From: an uncultured Streptococcus sp.
Lineage (GTDB): Bacteria; Bacillota; Bacilli; Lactobacillales; Streptococcaceae
Assembly (NCBI GenBank): GCA_963533645.1
Contig: CAUSQY010000001.1
Coordinates: 1-57,135 of the forward strand
Direction of reading: 5' to 3'
DNA: 57,135 nt
Below, piece after piece: positions 26,728 to 38,602 of the stretch; the stretch's first letter is position 1, and each line of letters begins with the position of its first letter. Under the pieces are notes generated by a model, which ran no database searches, was not told the origin of the DNA, and worked only from the letters and a program-made list of their open reading frames with translations. The position numbers and the translations under genes were made by a program.

Positions 26728-29700
26728 TCAATGACTTTCTTTATCGTCATTCTGACCCTTCTTGGCAAGAAGACCGATACCTGTCACAGCTGCCAATGCT
26801 CCCAACAAAGCAGATGCTACCGAAGTCGACGCTCCTGTATTTGGCAAGACTTGTTTTGGCTTGCTTGAAGCGGATTGACCTTGGCTTGCAATGTTTGCCA
26901 TTGAGAGAGAAGTACTTGTTGAAGTAGATACCAGAGCACTTGCTGACACAGAGCTACTAATAGAATCTGAAATCGAAAGACTAGTGCTAATCGACGTTGA
27001 CTCGCTCGCTGACATGCTTGCTGAAATCGAAGCACTTGTTAGAGCCGATTCACTGGCTAATACGCTAGCTGAGAGTGAGGCGCTCGTTGAAGTAGATTCG
27101 CTCACTGATGTGCTTGCTGAGATGGAGGCACTTTCCAACGCTAACTCGTCTGCTAGCATACTTGCAGAAGTTGAAGTACTTGTTGAAGCTGATTGGCTGG
27201 CGCTGGCTGAGGCTGACTCACTCGAGCTGACTGAGGCAGACTGGCTCGAACTCAATGATGCTGATTGGCTGGAACTTACTGATGCAGACTCACTCGAACT
27301 TACCGATGCAGATTCACTCGAGCTCACTGAAGCAGACTGGCTCGTACTCAATGATGCTGATTGACTGGCGCTCAATGATGCCGATTCGCTTGCGCTTACT
27401 GACGCTGACTGACTCGAACTTACTGAAGTGGACTGACTAGCACTGGCCGAAGCTGATTCACTTGTGCTTACTGAGGCTGATTGGCTAGCACTTACTGAAG
27501 CTGATTGGCTGGCGCTCGCTGAAGCGGATTGACTTGAGCTTACAGACGCTGATTGACTAGCGCTGACTGAAGCGGACTGACTAGCGCTTACGGAAGCGGA
27601 CTGGTTGGAGCTTGCAGATGCAGACTGACTGGCACTCACTGAAGCCGATTGGCTGGAGCCTGCAGATGCGGACTGGCTGGAGCTTGCAGACGCAGATTGA
27701 CTCGAACTTGCTGAAGCCGATTGGCTGGAGCTTGCAGACGCAGATTGACTCGATCTGACTGAGGCCGATTCGCTTGAACTTACTGAAGCTGATTGGCTCG
27801 CGCTGACTGAGGCGGATTCACTTGAACTTACTGAGGCTGACTCACTTGCGCTTACTGATGCGGATTGACTCGAACTTACTGAAGCGGTTTGGCTTAAACT
27901 TACCGATGCTGACTCACTCGAACTTACTGACACCGATTGACTTGCGCTCGCTGAAGTGGATTGACTGGCACTTGCAGATGCAGACTCACTCGAACTTACT
28001 GAGGCTGATTGACTGGCACTCACCGATGCTGACTCACTTGCGCTCACCGATGCTGACTCACTCGAACTTACTGAGGCTGATTGGCTAGCGCTCGCTGAAG
28101 CGGACTGGCTGGCACTTACTGAAGCCGATTCACTTGAGCTTACCGAAGCAGACTCACTCGAGCTTACTGAGGCGGATTGGCTAGCGCTCGCTGAAGCGGA
28201 TTGACTGGCACTTGCCGATGCAGACTCACTCGAACTTACTGAGGCTGATTGACTTGCGCTTACAGACGCAGACTGACTCGAGCTTACTGATGCGGACTGG
28301 CTGGAGCTTACCGATGCAGATTGACTAGAGCTTACTGAAGCCGATTCGCTGGAGCTCAATGATGCAGACTGGCTCGAGCTGACTGAAGCTGACTCACTCG
28401 AACTTACAGAAGCGGATTGGCTAGCGCTGGTTGAGGCTGACTGACTCGAACTTACCGAAGCTGACTGGCTAGCGCTCACTGACTCAGACTGGCTAGCACT
28501 TGCAGATGCTGATTGGCTGGCACTTGCCGAAGCTGACTGACTCGAGCTTACTGAAGCCGATTCGCTGGAGCTTGCAGATGCAGACTGGCTGGAGCTGACT
28601 GAAGCAGATTCACTGGAGCTGACTGAAGCCGATTGACTCGCACTTGTCGATGCTGATTGACTCGAGCTTACTGATGCAGACTGGCTCGCACTCACTGAAG
28701 CTGACTGGCTAGCGCTGGCTGAAGCCGATTCACTTGAGCTTACTGATGCGGATTGGCTCGAACTTACTGAAGCCGATTCACTTGAGCTTACTGAGGCAGA
28801 CTGACTTGCGCTTACTGATGCGGATTGGCTCGAACTTACTGATGCGGACTCACTTGCACTCACTGAGGCTGATTGACTCGAGCTTACTGATGCGGATTGG
28901 CTGGCACTAGCTGAAGCTGATTCGCTGGAGCTCGCTGAGGCAGATTCACTCGAACTTACCGATGCTGATTGACTCGAGCTCAATGAAGCAGATTGGCTGG
29001 AGCTTGCAGATGCAGACTGACTGGCACTCACTGAAGCGGATTGACTAGCACTTGCTGAGGCTGACTCACTTGCACTCAATGATGCGGATTGGCTGGCACT
29101 TACTGAGGCTGATTGACTCGAGCTTACTGATGCGGATTGGCTCGAGCTTACAGACGCTGACTCACTCGCACTTACAGAAGCAGATTGACTAGCACTCACT
29201 GAAGCGGATTGGCTCGAGCTCGCTGAAGCAGATTGGCTAGCGCTCTCTGAGGCAGACTGGCTAGCGCTGGCTGAGGCGGATTCGCTAGAGCTTACTGAAG
29301 CTGATTGACTCGCGCTTACGGATGCGGACTGGCTGGAGCTTGCCGACGCAGATTCGCTCGAACTTGCAGATGCAGACTGACTCGAACTTAATGAGGCAGA
29401 CTGACTAGCGCTCGTTGACGCAGATTGGCTTGAACTTGCTGAAGCAGACTGGCTGGCACTTGCCGAAGCTGACTGACTCGAACTTAATGAGGCAGATTCA
29501 CTTGCGCTGGCTGAGGCGGATTCGCTAGAGCTTACAGATGCCGATTGACTCGAACTTACTGAAGCGGATTGGCTAGCGCTGGCTGAAGCTGACTCACTTG
29601 AACTTGCTGAAGCAGATTGACTTGAGCTTACAGATGCCGATTGACTCGAGCTGGCTGATGCGGATTGACTGGCACTTACAGATGCTGACTCACTCGAACT

Positions 29701-32700
29701 TACTGAGGCTGATCGACTCGCACTCGCTGAAGCGGATTGGCTTGAACTTACGGATGCTGACTGGCTTGAGCTTACTGAGGCTGATTGGCTGGAGCTTACC
29801 GAAGCAGACTGACTAGCGCTGACTGAAGCAGACTGGCTCGAGCTAGCTGAAGCGGATTCGCTGGAGCTGACCGATGCAGATTGACTGGCACTTACTGAGG
29901 CTGACTCACTTGCGCTTACTGAGGCAGATTGGCTTGAGCTCGCTGAAGCTGATTGACTCGAGCTTACTGAGGCTGATTGGCTAGCACTCACTGACGCCGA
30001 TTGACTGGAGCTGGCTGATGCTGACTGGCTAGAGCTTGCCGATACAGATTGGCTTGAGCTTACCGATGCAGATTCACTCGAACTTACTGAGGCTGACTCA
30101 CTCGAACTTACTGAGGCAGACTGGCTAGCGCTCACAGATGCAGATTGGCTGGAGCTTACTGAAGCGGACTGACTGGCGCTTGCTGAAGCTGATTGACTCG
30201 AACTTACAGACGCTGACTCACTCGCACTCAATGAAGCGGATTGGCTGGAGCTTACCGAAGCTGACTGGCTGGCACTTGCCGAAGCAGACTGACTTGAGCT
30301 TACTGAGGCTGACTGACTTGAGCTTACTGATGCAGATTCACTCGCGCTCACTGAAGCGGATTGGCTGGCACTTGCTGATGCAGACTCAGATTGGCTTGAG
30401 CTTACAGACGCTGATTGGCTCGCACTCGCTGACGCTGACTGACTCGAACTTACCGAAGCTGATTGACTGGCTGGAGCTGATGCAGACTCACTTGAGCTCG
30501 CTGACGCTGACTGACTCGAGCTGACCGATGCGGACTGACTAGCACTTACAGATGCCGATTGGCTTGAACTTACGGAAGCTGACTGGCTGGAGCTGACTGA
30601 AGCTGATTGGCTTGAACTTGCTGAAGCCGATTGACTCGAACTTACAGACGCCGATTGGCTGGCACTTGCTGATGCAGACTCACTTGAACTCACCGATGCG
30701 GACTGACTAGCACTTACAGATGCTGACTCACTCGAGCTTACAGATGCCGATTGGCTTGAACTTACAGAAGCTGACTGGCTGGCACTTACAGATGCTGACT
30801 CACTCGAGCTTACAGATGCCGATTGGCTGGCACTTACAGATGCTGACTGGCTGGAGCTGACTGAAGCAGATTGGCTAGCACTTGCTGAAGCCGATTGACT
30901 CGAACTTACAGACGCCGATTGACTGACGCTAGCTGAGGCAGACTCACTGGCACTTGCTGAAGCAGACTGACTCGAGCTGACTGATGCGGACTGGCTGGAG
31001 CTGACTGAAACAGATTGGCTGGAGCTCGCTGACGCTGACTGACTCGAGCTTACAGACGCTGATTGACTGGCACTTGCTGATGCCGATTGACTGGAGCTGG
31101 CTGATGCTGACTGACTCGAGCTGATCGATGCGGACTGACTAGCACTTACAGATGCCGATTGGCTTGAACTTACGGAAGCTGACTGGCTGGAGCTGACTGA
31201 AGCAGATTGACTAGCACTTGCTGAAGCCGATTGACTCGAACTTACAGACGCCGATTGGCTGGCGCTCACCGATGCTGACTGGCTGGCACTGGCCGATGCT
31301 GACTCAGATTGGCTTGAGCTTACAGACGCTGATTGGCTCGCACTCGCTGACGCTGATTGGCTCGAACTTACTGAAGCAGACTGACTTGCGCTCACTGAAG
31401 CTGATCGACTCGCACTCGCTGAAGCGGACTGACTCGAACTTGCAGACGCTGACTGACTCGAGCTCACCGAGGCTGACTCACTCGAGCTCACCGAGGCTGA
31501 CTGGCTATTACTTACTGAAATTGACGCTTGATTTGGCGTAATTTGTCCATTAAACACATCTGAAACCAAACCATCCACTGTCGTACTAGCAGTCACTGGT
31601 CCACTAGGAAGTCGTCCTCCATTGCGATCATATACTTTCTTCAAGTCAGTTGCAGTAAAGGTTACACTAGTCGAGCTCCCCGTTGCCTGTTTGGTAAATG
31701 TTTCACCTGCAATTGTTAAAGTAACTGTCCCACCTGGAGCAACCCCATCCACCGTAATCGCTTGATTTGAGAGCCCACCTTTTTCGTTAAGATATTGATT
31801 CTCTATCCTTGGCGTCTGAGGACGCACAGTAAAGCTCACGTCAATTTCATCCGTACTTCCATCTGGATAAGTTACCACGGCTGTTAACTGATGACGACCA
31901 GCTGGTAAATCTGTATTGGTTCCAGATTTCCAAGTATAGGTTGTTCTAGTTCCCTTAGTAATTCCTGAGGTAGGAAACTCCGGAGTCCCTTGGGCATTCG
32001 TGATGTACTGACTAGCTTCACCAACAGAGATTGTTCCCGAATTTGTCGTAAGAGTAAAGTTTCGATTCACCTCAGCATTGATGGCTGGTTCGTACTTTTC
32101 AGACTGAGCATGGACTTCAAATTGAATTGCGGCAGGGTTGGCTGTTAAATCTTTTACAAGACCTACGTCAGTAGTATTTCCGCTAAAATTACCTTCCTGA
32201 TCATAGGTGAAAACATAACGGGTCCACAAACTATTTACTGCTTGATTTTTTCCAACAGAACCCGTGATTGAAACGGTGAAAGGATTGGTTGTTGTCGCAT
32301 TTCCATCCTTCGCTAGCCTATCTGTCGGAACAATCATTCTGATACTTTGACCATTACTCGTAGTGAATGAGACAACAGTTGAAGTAGCCGGATAGGCCGC
32401 GGGAACAGCAGTAGGGACAAATTTTGCATGTTCAATTCGACCACTGTTATCAGTAAACTCAATGGTCGCAGAAAAATTTTCTTCTCGATAAATTTTAAAT
32501 TTTTGTCCTTCTAGAACTGCGCCACCTGTAACGGTTATTTTCTGAAGTTCTGGCTTCTCAGTATCCCTAGCAGCTCTGAAGCTAGCGGTATTTGAAGCTT
32601 TGGTCAAAGCTTGTCCGTTTCTGCTGTCACGAAGTCCAGACTTGGCACGTAACACAGCATTTGCAATGCTATTTCGAGCTTCTGTAGCCTTATTCAAAAT

Positions 32701-33684
32701 AGAAGTAAAATCAGAAAGCTCCCCTTTCAAGGCATCTGCTATCTCATTCTTCGCTAGACTAGCCTTCGTGATCGCCTCATCCGAGTTTGGAAGCCCCTGA
32801 GCTTGAGCTAGAAACTGCCCAATCTCAGCAGACAAAGCCTCTAATTTCTTCCGTTTTTCTTCACTTTGCTTTTCTGTCAAGGCTAGGGAAGTCATTGTGA
32901 GACTCGATTCAGCCGTCACACCTTCATTCTTTACACGACCAGACTGACTTTGAGGCAAGGATTCTGTAGAAAAATCAACTGCTTTTAATTCTTTCGAAGG
33001 TTGTGATTCTTTCACTGTCTCCCGAGCTGACTCACTTGCTTGGTACTGACTTTGAACACCAACTGAAGCTCTCTCTGACAGATTACTATTCTCTTGATTT
33101 TGTGTTCCAAGGGATTCACTTGAACTAGCAGTTACACTTTGACTGTTTGCCAAAGATTGACTAGTAGAAGCAGATTGGCTCATCGACTGACTCATACTAG
33201 ATGAGCTTGAGGCACTGATGGACTGACTCGTAGAGGCAGATTGACTGGCGCTCTGCGAATTGAATTCTGACAATGACTGGCTTTGACTGGTAGACAAAGA
33301 CAGACTCGCAGTATCTTGATGATCCTGTGTCGTCCCTAGCACTACTGAATCTCTCGTCGCCAGGGTATCTTTTGATTCGACAGTCTTTTCAACAGCGACT
33401 GCATCATTGGCATAAACACGCGTTTGCGTCGCAGCAAAACCACCTAAGATCGTTCCCGTAGCTGCTATCCCTTTCAAGACATCCACGCCGGTCAACTTCT
33501 GACCTTCTTGCTTTTCAACCATTTCTGTCTTTACTTGGCTCGTATCCGCACTTCCACGCATCACCTTAAATAAGCCAAAAAGGGAAGTCGAGGCCCGTAG
33601 CCAATGCTTCCCTGATTTGATTAATTTGAACCGAGTTACACGGTCTGTTTCTCTATATTCACCCTTCTGGCGTCTAAAAAACAT
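26728..33684 (-). CDS. serine-rich repeat glycoprotein adhesin (Fap1/GspB/Hsa-type, Siglec-like binding region, LPNTG anchor)
   Basis: KxxKxGKxW-type signal ([11 protein letters not shown]), short SRR1, Siglec-like region with WTRY, YPDG-containing Unique domain, long SRR2, LPNTG + TM + charged tail; start ATG 33684 (or 33690). Confidence 0.96.
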   Translation of the reverse strand: MFFRRQKGEYRETDRVTRFKLIKSGKHWLRASTSLFGLFKVMRGSADTSQVKTEMVEKQEGQKLTGVDVLKGIAATGTILGGFAATQTRVYANDAVAVEKTVESKDTLATRDSVVLGTTQDHQDTASLSLSTSQSQSLSEFNSQSASQSASTSQSISASSSSSMSQSMSQSASTSQSLANSQSVTASSSESLGTQNQENSNLSERASVGVQSQYQASESARETVKESQPSKELKAVDFSTESLPQSQSGRVKNEGVTAESSLTMTSLALTEKQSEEKRKKLEALSAEIGQFLAQAQGLPNSDEAITKASLAKNEIADALKGELSDFTSILNKATEARNSIANAVLRAKSGLRDSRNGQALTKASNTASFRAARDTEKPELQKITVTGGAVLEGQKFKIYREENFSATIEFTDNSGRIEHAKFVPTAVPAAYPATSTVVSFTTSNGQSIRMIVPTDRLAKDGNATTTNPFTVSITGSVGKNQAVNSLWTRYVFTYDQEGNFSGNTTDVGLVKDLTANPAAIQFEVHAQSEKYEPAINAEVNRNFTLTTNSGTISVGEASQYITNAQGTPEFPTSGITKGTRTTYTWKSGTNTDLPAGRHQLTAVVTYPDGSTDEIDVSFTVRPQTPRIENQYLNEKGGLSNQAITVDGVAPGGTVTLTIAGETFTKQATGSSTSVTFTATDLKKVYDRNGGRLPSGPVTASTTVDGLVSDVFNGQITPNQASISVSNSQSASVSSSESASVSSSQSASASSSQSASASASRSASVSASQSASVSSSQSASASASQSASVSSSQSESASASASQSASVSASQSASVSSSQSASASASQSASVSSSQSASVSSSQSASVSASQSASISSSQSASASSSQSASASASQSASVSSSQSASASSSQSVSVSSSQSASVSSSQSASASASESASASVSQSASVSSSQSASASASQSASVSSSQSASVSASQSASVSSSESASVSASQSASVSSSQSASVSSSESASVSASQSASVSSSESASASASQSASVSSSQSASASSSQSASVSSSQSASVSSSQSASVSASQSASVSSSQSASASSSESASAPASQSASVSSSQSASASASQSASVSSSQSESASASASQSASVSASESASVSSSQSASVSSSQSASASASQSASVSSSQSASLSASESASVSSSQSASASASQSASVSSSQSASVSASQSASVSSSESASVSSSESASVSSSQSVSASSSQSASASSSQSASVSASQSASVSSSQSASASSSQSASVSASESASVSASQSASVSSSESASASSSQSASVSASQSASVSSSQSASVSSSQSASVSSSQSASASASRSASVSSSESASVSASQSASASSSQSASVSSSQSASASSSESASASASQSASVSSSQSASVSSSESASASASESASLSSSQSASASASQSASASSSQSASTSASQSASLSSSQSASASSSESASASSSQSASVSASQSASVSSSESASASASQSASESASQSASASSSQSASVSASQSASVSASESASVSSSQSASVSSSQSASVSASQSASLSASESASASASQSASVSASQSASASSSQSASLSSSQSASVSSSESASASSSESASASASQSASVSSSQSASVSASESASVSSSQSASVSASQSASVSSSESASVSSSQSASVSSSESASASASQSASVSASQSASVSSSQSASTSASQSASVSSSESASVSSSQSASASSSESASVSSSQSASASASQSASASASQSESVSASQSASVSSSQSASTSASQSASVSSSESASVSSSQSASLSSSESASVSSSQSASVSSSQSASVSSSQSASVSASQSASVSSSESASASASQSASASASQSASVSSSESASVSSSESASVSASQSASASASQSASVSSSESASVSASESASVSASQSASVSSSESASASASQSTSASASQSVSVSSSESASVSLSQTASVSSSQSASVSASESASVSSSESASVSASQSASVSSSESASVRSSQSASASSSQSASASSSQSASASSSQSASAGSSQSASVSASQSASASSNQSASVSASQSASVSASQSASVSSSQSASASASQSASVSASQSASVSTSESASASASQSTSVSSSQSASVSASESASLSASQSASLSTSQSASVSSSESASVSSSESASVSSSQSASLSSSQSASVSSSESASASASQSASTSTSTSASMLADELALESASISASTSVSESTSTSASLSASVLASESALTSASISASMSASESTSISTSLSISDSISSSVSASALVSTSTSTSLSMANIASQGQSASSKPKQVLPNTGASTSVASALLGALAAVTGIGLLAKKGQNDDKESH
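27180..31505 (-). repeat. SRR2 tandem coding repeat, 24-nt unit SAS(V/A)S(S/A)S(Q/E)
   Basis: Roughly 180 degenerate octapeptide units with heavy synonymous variation. Confidence 0.95.
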
Positions 33685-33738
33685 GTTCATCCCCTCAACT
33701 TGAAAAAGATCTATTCACCTATAAAATACTATCTTCTT

Positions 33739-33767
33739 ATTATATACCAAATATACCGACAATTCAA
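33739..33767 (-). promoter_or_regulatory. sigma-A promoter for the SRR adhesin
   Basis: TTGAAT-17nt-TATAAT on the minus strand. Confidence 0.65.
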
Positions 33768-33964
33768 TATCTATAATATATCCTAAAGAAAGAAAATGAT
33801 TTCAAAAATAACTTGATTTCAAATCTATTCTGTTTTTTCAATATAATCTTCATTTTATTGTTCTGTTAATATATTTTATTTATTTTTTAACCATTTCTAT
33901 ATGCTTTAAAAATTGAGCAAATAATTCCAATCACTCAGGGAATTGATTTTTATTCAAAATATAG

Positions 33965-34285
33965 AAAAAGTCCATGAATCAATAGCATCCACAGACTTTT
34001 AGGAGTAGAGTATTTAAAGGTAGTTTCACAAATGAACTAATGAGGCCGGTAGCCGAGGTAACTTTCTATCCTTTCCAACGAAAAAATCCACGAATCGAAA
34101 GCATTCGCGGACTTTTCTTACAACGCATTTAAGCAAAATGCCATACTAATTAATAGCCGTAATCTACGACACGAAGAGGCGAAAACGATTATTTTTCGCC
34201 GATGAATTAGTAAGGCAGTTAGCTAGTTCGCCAAATAGCGACTAGCGTCCAACAATTAGGAACTTTAGTTCCAATTGTTGGTACT
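33965..34285 (-). other. structured prfC 3' region: multi-hairpin element plus two paralogous terminators
   Basis: Hairpins at 34249-34281, 34222-34246, 34178-34200 and 34139-34217; terminators at 34081-34116 and 33965-34000. Confidence 0.6.
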
Positions 34286-34288
34286 GAG

Positions 34289-35833
34289 TTACATCTTCTC
34301 CTCCAACTCTACGTCTGGATACTTGTCCGCAAACCAGCGGAGGGCAAAGTCATTTTCAAAGAGGAAGACTGGTTGGTCAAAACGGTCTTTGGCCAAGATA
34401 TTTCGGCTTGATGACATCCGTTCATCCAAGTCCTCAGGCTTGATCCAACGAACGGTCTTTTTACCCATTGGGCTCATGACCACTTCCGCATTGTACTCGC
34501 CTTCCATACGGTGCTTAAAGACTTCAAACTGGAGTTGACCAACAGCGCCTAGCATGTACTCGCCTGTTTGGTAATTCTTATAAAGCTGAATAGCTCCTTC
34601 TTGCACCAATTGCTCAATCCCCTTGTGGAAGGATTTTTGCTTCATGACGTTCTTAGCAGAAACTTTCATGAAAATCTCAGGTGTAAAGGTTGGCAATGGT
34701 TCAAATTCAAACTTATTTTTTCCAACCGTCAAGGTGTCTCCAACCTGATAAGTACCGGTATCGTAAACCCCGATGATATCACCTGCAACAGCGTTTGTCA
34801 CATTCTCACGACTTTCCGCCATAAACTGGGTGACATTAGAAAGCTTGGCAGTCTTCCCAGTACGAGGCAAATTGACACTCATTCCTCGCTCAAATTCACC
34901 CGATACGATACGGACAAAGGCAATGCGGTCACGGTGACGAGGGTCCATGTTGGCTTGGATTTTAAAGACAAATCCTGAGAAATCCTTATCATAAGGATCC
35001 ACAATTTCGCCATCTGGTTTCTTGTGGCCATGTGGTTCTGGAGCAAACTCAAGGAAGGTTTCAAGGAAGGTCTGAACCCCAAAGTTTGTCAAGGCTGATC
35101 CGAAGAAGACTGGTGTTAATTCACCCGCTAAAATAGCTTCTTCTGAAAACTCATTCCCAGCTTCTTGAAGGAGTTCGATATCGTCCTTAACCTGAGCGTA
35201 GAAAGGATTGCTTCCAAAAAGCTTATCCCCATCTTCTAGACTGGCAAAGCGTTCATCCCCTTTATAAAGCTCCAAACGTTGGTTATAAAGGTCATACAAG
35301 CCTTCAAAGGCTTTCCCCATCCCGATTGGCCAGTTCATCGGATAGCTCGCAATACCTAGGACTTCTTCTAGTTCTTGCAAGAGGTCCAGTGGCTCACGAC
35401 CATCACGGTCCAGCTTGTTCATAAAGGTAAAGACTGGAATGCCACGGTGCTTCACAACCTCAAACAATTTCTTGGTTTGGGCCTCGATACCCTTGGCAGA
35501 GTCCACGACCATGACCGCAGCATCCACCGCCATCAAGGTACGATAAGTATCTTCTGAGAAGTCCTCGTGTCCTGGTGTGTCGAGGATATTGACGCGCTTG
35601 CCGTCGTAGTCAAACTGCATAACAGATGACGTGACCGAAATTCCACGTTGTTTCTCAATATCCATCCAGTCAGACTTGGCAAAAGTCCCTGTTTTCTTTC
35701 CTTTAACCGTACCAGCCTCACGAATCTCGCCCCCAAAATAGAGCAACTGCTCCGTAATGGTTGTCTTACCCGCGTCCGGGTGGGAGATGATGGCAAAGGT
35801 ACGGCGTTTCTTTATTTCTTCTTGAATAGTCAT
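34289..35833 (-). CDS. prfC: peptide chain release factor 3
   Basis: [45 protein letters not shown]. Confidence 0.98.
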   Translation of the reverse strand: MTIQEEIKKRRTFAIISHPDAGKTTITEQLLYFGGEIREAGTVKGKKTGTFAKSDWMDIEKQRGISVTSSVMQFDYDGKRVNILDTPGHEDFSEDTYRTLMAVDAAVMVVDSAKGIEAQTKKLFEVVKHRGIPVFTFMNKLDRDGREPLDLLQELEEVLGIASYPMNWPIGMGKAFEGLYDLYNQRLELYKGDERFASLEDGDKLFGSNPFYAQVKDDIELLQEAGNEFSEEAILAGELTPVFFGSALTNFGVQTFLETFLEFAPEPHGHKKPDGEIVDPYDKDFSGFVFKIQANMDPRHRDRIAFVRIVSGEFERGMSVNLPRTGKTAKLSNVTQFMAESRENVTNAVAGDIIGVYDTGTYQVGDTLTVGKNKFEFEPLPTFTPEIFMKVSAKNVMKQKSFHKGIEQLVQEGAIQLYKNYQTGEYMLGAVGQLQFEVFKHRMEGEYNAEVVMSPMGKKTVRWIKPEDLDERMSSSRNILAKDRFDQPVFLFENDFALRWFADKYPDVELEEKM

Positions 35834-35975
35834 AAGTTCTCTTTCTTTGATGTTCTATTTTTAGTTGTTTCAGTAGCTAAGAATGATGTTTACATTGGAT
35901 TTTACTATTCCTTTCAACTCTCCATTATAGCGGATTTTGGGGAGTTTTTCAATTGCTCGTCTGACGAAAAGCAAG

Positions 35976-36668
35976 CTAGAGCACAGATTGCACCTGATTT
36001 CTCTTTTTCCACCGTTTCTTGAACAAGATATCAAAGAGAACCAGAGCCAGCGAAAGGATGACGGACACAAGAAGGTATTTTAGCCACAAGGGAGCATCTG
36101 GAATAAAAGGTGTCTTGTTTAACAAACCATAATTTCCACCCGTCACCTGATTAACCCCAACTAGAAAGAGATTGAGGATAAAGGTATAGGCTACAATCAT
36201 ATATTTCTTGAGCAAAGTCTTATCATAGTGATTCATCAAGTAAACCAAGGAATTCACTAGAAGGGCATAGTGCCCAATCAAAAATGAAAAACTGGTGATA
36301 TGGGGGAAATCATAGGGGTCAAAAACGGGGTAAACCAATGCAAAGACCGCTCCACTTGCTCCTAAGAGGGCAAAATATTGCTTGCTCCGCCATTTATCTG
36401 GCAAGAAAACCACCGCAAACATAGCCAAACGGCAATGGTAAAATGGAAGGCTATTAGAAAATGGAATCCCAAAGCCAACATACCAGCTATATAGGGCTAG
36501 CAACTGGAGAATCTGAATTCCCTTAAACAAGCGAACAAATTTCGGATTTTTGTGATAAGCAAGTGCTCCATATATACAAAGCACTAATAGGAGCATCATA
36601 ATCCCATACCAAAAGAGCGAAATGGGAGGAGGAACCGTTTGAGATCTGGTGATAAATTGATGGAACAT
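35976..36668 (-). CDS. YwaF/TIGR02206 integral membrane protein
   Basis: LP.YHCR, FPH....F..GH, GGNYG.L motifs. Confidence 0.85.
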   Translation of the reverse strand: MFHQFITRSQTVPPPISLFWYGIMMLLLVLCIYGALAYHKNPKFVRLFKGIQILQLLALYSWYVGFGIPFSNSLPFYHCRLAMFAVVFLPDKWRSKQYFALLGASGAVFALVYPVFDPYDFPHITSFSFLIGHYALLVNSLVYLMNHYDKTLLKKYMIVAYTFILNLFLVGVNQVTGGNYGLLNKTPFIPDAPLWLKYLLVSVILSLALVLFDILFKKRWKKRNQVQSVL

Positions 36669-36784
36669 ATTTCTATCCTAACTCTTATTTTTTCTATTCT
36701 CTAGTTTAACCATTATAGCGAATTAAAAGCGATTTTTCAATTTCTATTTCTTTTCAGTTTGGCTCCCTTATTTATAGGAAAATA

Positions 36785-36793
36785 TGGTAAAAT
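36785..36793 (+). promoter_or_regulatory. extended -10 (TGGTAAAAT) for gatCAB
   Basis: TGnTAAAAT about 40 nt upstream of gatC. Confidence 0.6.
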
Positions 36794-36833
36794 AGAACAG
36801 ACTAAAAATCATCATTTCACGAAAGGATGCAAG

Positions 36834-37136
36834 ATGAAAATTACGCAAGAAGAGGTAACACACGTTGCCAATCTTTCAAAATTAAGATTCTCTGAAGAAG
36901 AAACTGCTGCCTTTGCGACTACCTTGTCTAAGATTGTTGACATGGTTGAATTGCTGGGCGAAGTTGACACAACTGGTGTCGCACCTACTACAACTATGGC
37001 TGACCGCAAGACCGTACTCCGCCCTGATGTGGCCGAAGAAGGAACAGACCGTGATCGCTTGTTTAAAAACGTACCTGAAAAAGATAACTACTATATCAAG
37101 GTACCAGCTATCCTAGATGATGGAGGAGATGCCTAA
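36834..37136 (+). CDS. gatC: Asp/Glu-tRNA amidotransferase subunit C
   Basis: [20 protein letters not shown] at 36834 after AAAGGA. Confidence 0.96.
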   Translation: MKITQEEVTHVANLSKLRFSEEETAAFATTLSKIVDMVELLGEVDTTGVAPTTTMADRKTVLRPDVAEEGTDRDRLFKNVPEKDNYYIKVPAILDDGGDA

Positions 37137-38602
37137 TGACTTTTAATCATAAAACCATTGAAGAGTTACACAATCTCCTTGTCTCTAAAGAGATTTCAGC
37201 AACTGAATTGACCCAAGCAACTCTTGAAGATATCAAATCTCGCGAGACAGCTATCAACGCTTTTGTCACCATCGCTGAAGAGCAAGCCCTTGCTCAAGCT
37301 AAGGCCATTGATGAAGCTGGAATTGACGCGGATAATGTCCTTTCAGGAATTCCGCTTGCCGTTAAAGATAATATCTCTACAGATAGTATCCTGACAACTG
37401 CTGCCTCAAAAATGCTCTACAACTACGAGCCTATCTTTGATGCGACAGCCGTTGCCAATGCAAAATCTAAGGGCATGATCGTTGTTGGGAAAACCAACAT
37501 GGACGAGTTTGCCATGGGTGGTTCTGGTGAGACTTCTTACTACGGCGCAACAAAAAATGCTTGGGATCATAGCAAGGTTCCTGGTGGATCATCAAGTGGT
37601 TCTGCTGCAGCTGTAGCGTCAGGGCAAGTCCGCTTGTCACTCGGTTCTGATACTGGTGGTTCCATCCGCCAACCTGCCGCCTTCAACGGGATTGTTGGTC
37701 TCAAACCAACCTACGGAACGGTTTCTCGTTTCGGTCTCATTGCCTTTGGTAGCTCTCTAGATCAAATCGGACCTTTTGCACCAACTGTTAAGGAAAATGC
37801 CCTCTTGCTCAACGCTATTGCCAGCGAAGATGCCAAAGATTCTACTTCTGCTCCTGTCCGCATTGCTGACTTTACTTCAAAAATCGGGCAAGACATCAAG
37901 GGCATGAAAATTGCTTTGCCTAAGGAATACCTCGGTGAAGGAATTGACCCAGAAGTTAAAGAAACCATTATCAAGGCAGCCAAACACTTTGAGAAACTTG
38001 GCGCTATCGTCGAAGAAGTCAGTCTACCTCACTCAAAATACGGAGTTGCCGTTTACTATATCATTGCTTCATCAGAAGCATCCTCAAACTTGCAACGCTT
38101 TGACGGTATCCGTTACGGCTATCGTGCAGAGGATGCGACCAACCTTGATGAAATCTATGTAAACAGCCGCAGCCAAGGTTTCGGTGAAGAGGTAAAACGC
38201 CGCATCATGCTGGGTACTTTCAGTCTATCATCAGGTTACTACGATGCCTACTACAAGAAGGCTGGACAGGTCCGTACCCTCATCATCCAAGATTTCGAAA
38301 AAGTCTTTGCGGATTACGACTTGATTTTGGGACCAACTGCTCCAAGTGTTGCTTATGACTTGGACTCACTCAACCATGACCCAGTTGCCATGTACTTGGC
38401 TGACCTTTTGACCATCCCTGTCAACTTGGCAGGCCTCCCAGGAATTTCAATTCCTGCTGGATTCTCTCAAGGTCTACCAGTCGGTCTCCAATTGATCGGT
38501 CCTAAATACTCAGAAGAAACCATTTACCAAGCTGCTGCTGCCTTTGAAGCAACAACAGACTACCACAAACAACAACCCGTGATTTTTGGAGGTGACAACT
38601 AA
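37136..38602 (+). CDS. gatA: Asp/Glu-tRNA amidotransferase subunit A
   Basis: Amidase signature [24 protein letters not shown]. Confidence 0.98.
   Translation: MTFNHKTIEELHNLLVSKEISATELTQATLEDIKSRETAINAFVTIAEEQALAQAKAIDEAGIDADNVLSGIPLAVKDNISTDSILTTAASKMLYNYEPIFDATAVANAKSKGMIVVGKTNMDEFAMGGSGETSYYGATKNAWDHSKVPGGSSSGSAAAVASGQVRLSLGSDTGGSIRQPAAFNGIVGLKPTYGTVSRFGLIAFGSSLDQIGPFAPTVKENALLLNAIASEDAKDSTSAPVRIADFTSKIGQDIKGMKIALPKEYLGEGIDPEVKETIIKAAKHFEKLGAIVEEVSLPHSKYGVAVYYIIASSEASSNLQRFDGIRYGYRAEDATNLDEIYVNSRSQGFGEEVKRRIMLGTFSLSSGYYDAYYKKAGQVRTLIIQDFEKVFADYDLILGPTAPSVAYDLDSLNHDPVAMYLADLLTIPVNLAGLPGISIPAGFSQGLPVGLQLIGPKYSEETIYQAAAAFEATTDYHKQQPVIFGGDN

Noticed and set aside
27180..31505. CRISPR-like periodic array
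   Set aside because: 24-nt degenerate units are in-frame Ser-rich coding repeats with no unique spacers and no cas genes
26817..31541. Short plus-strand and alternative-frame ORFs in the adhesin gene
   Set aside because: Shadows of the repetitive SRR sequence; no RBS or family features
34000..34081. CiaR-dependent csRNA or type I toxin between the duplicated terminators
   Set aside because: No TTTAAG-N5-TTTAAG promoter and no small hydrophobic ORF found
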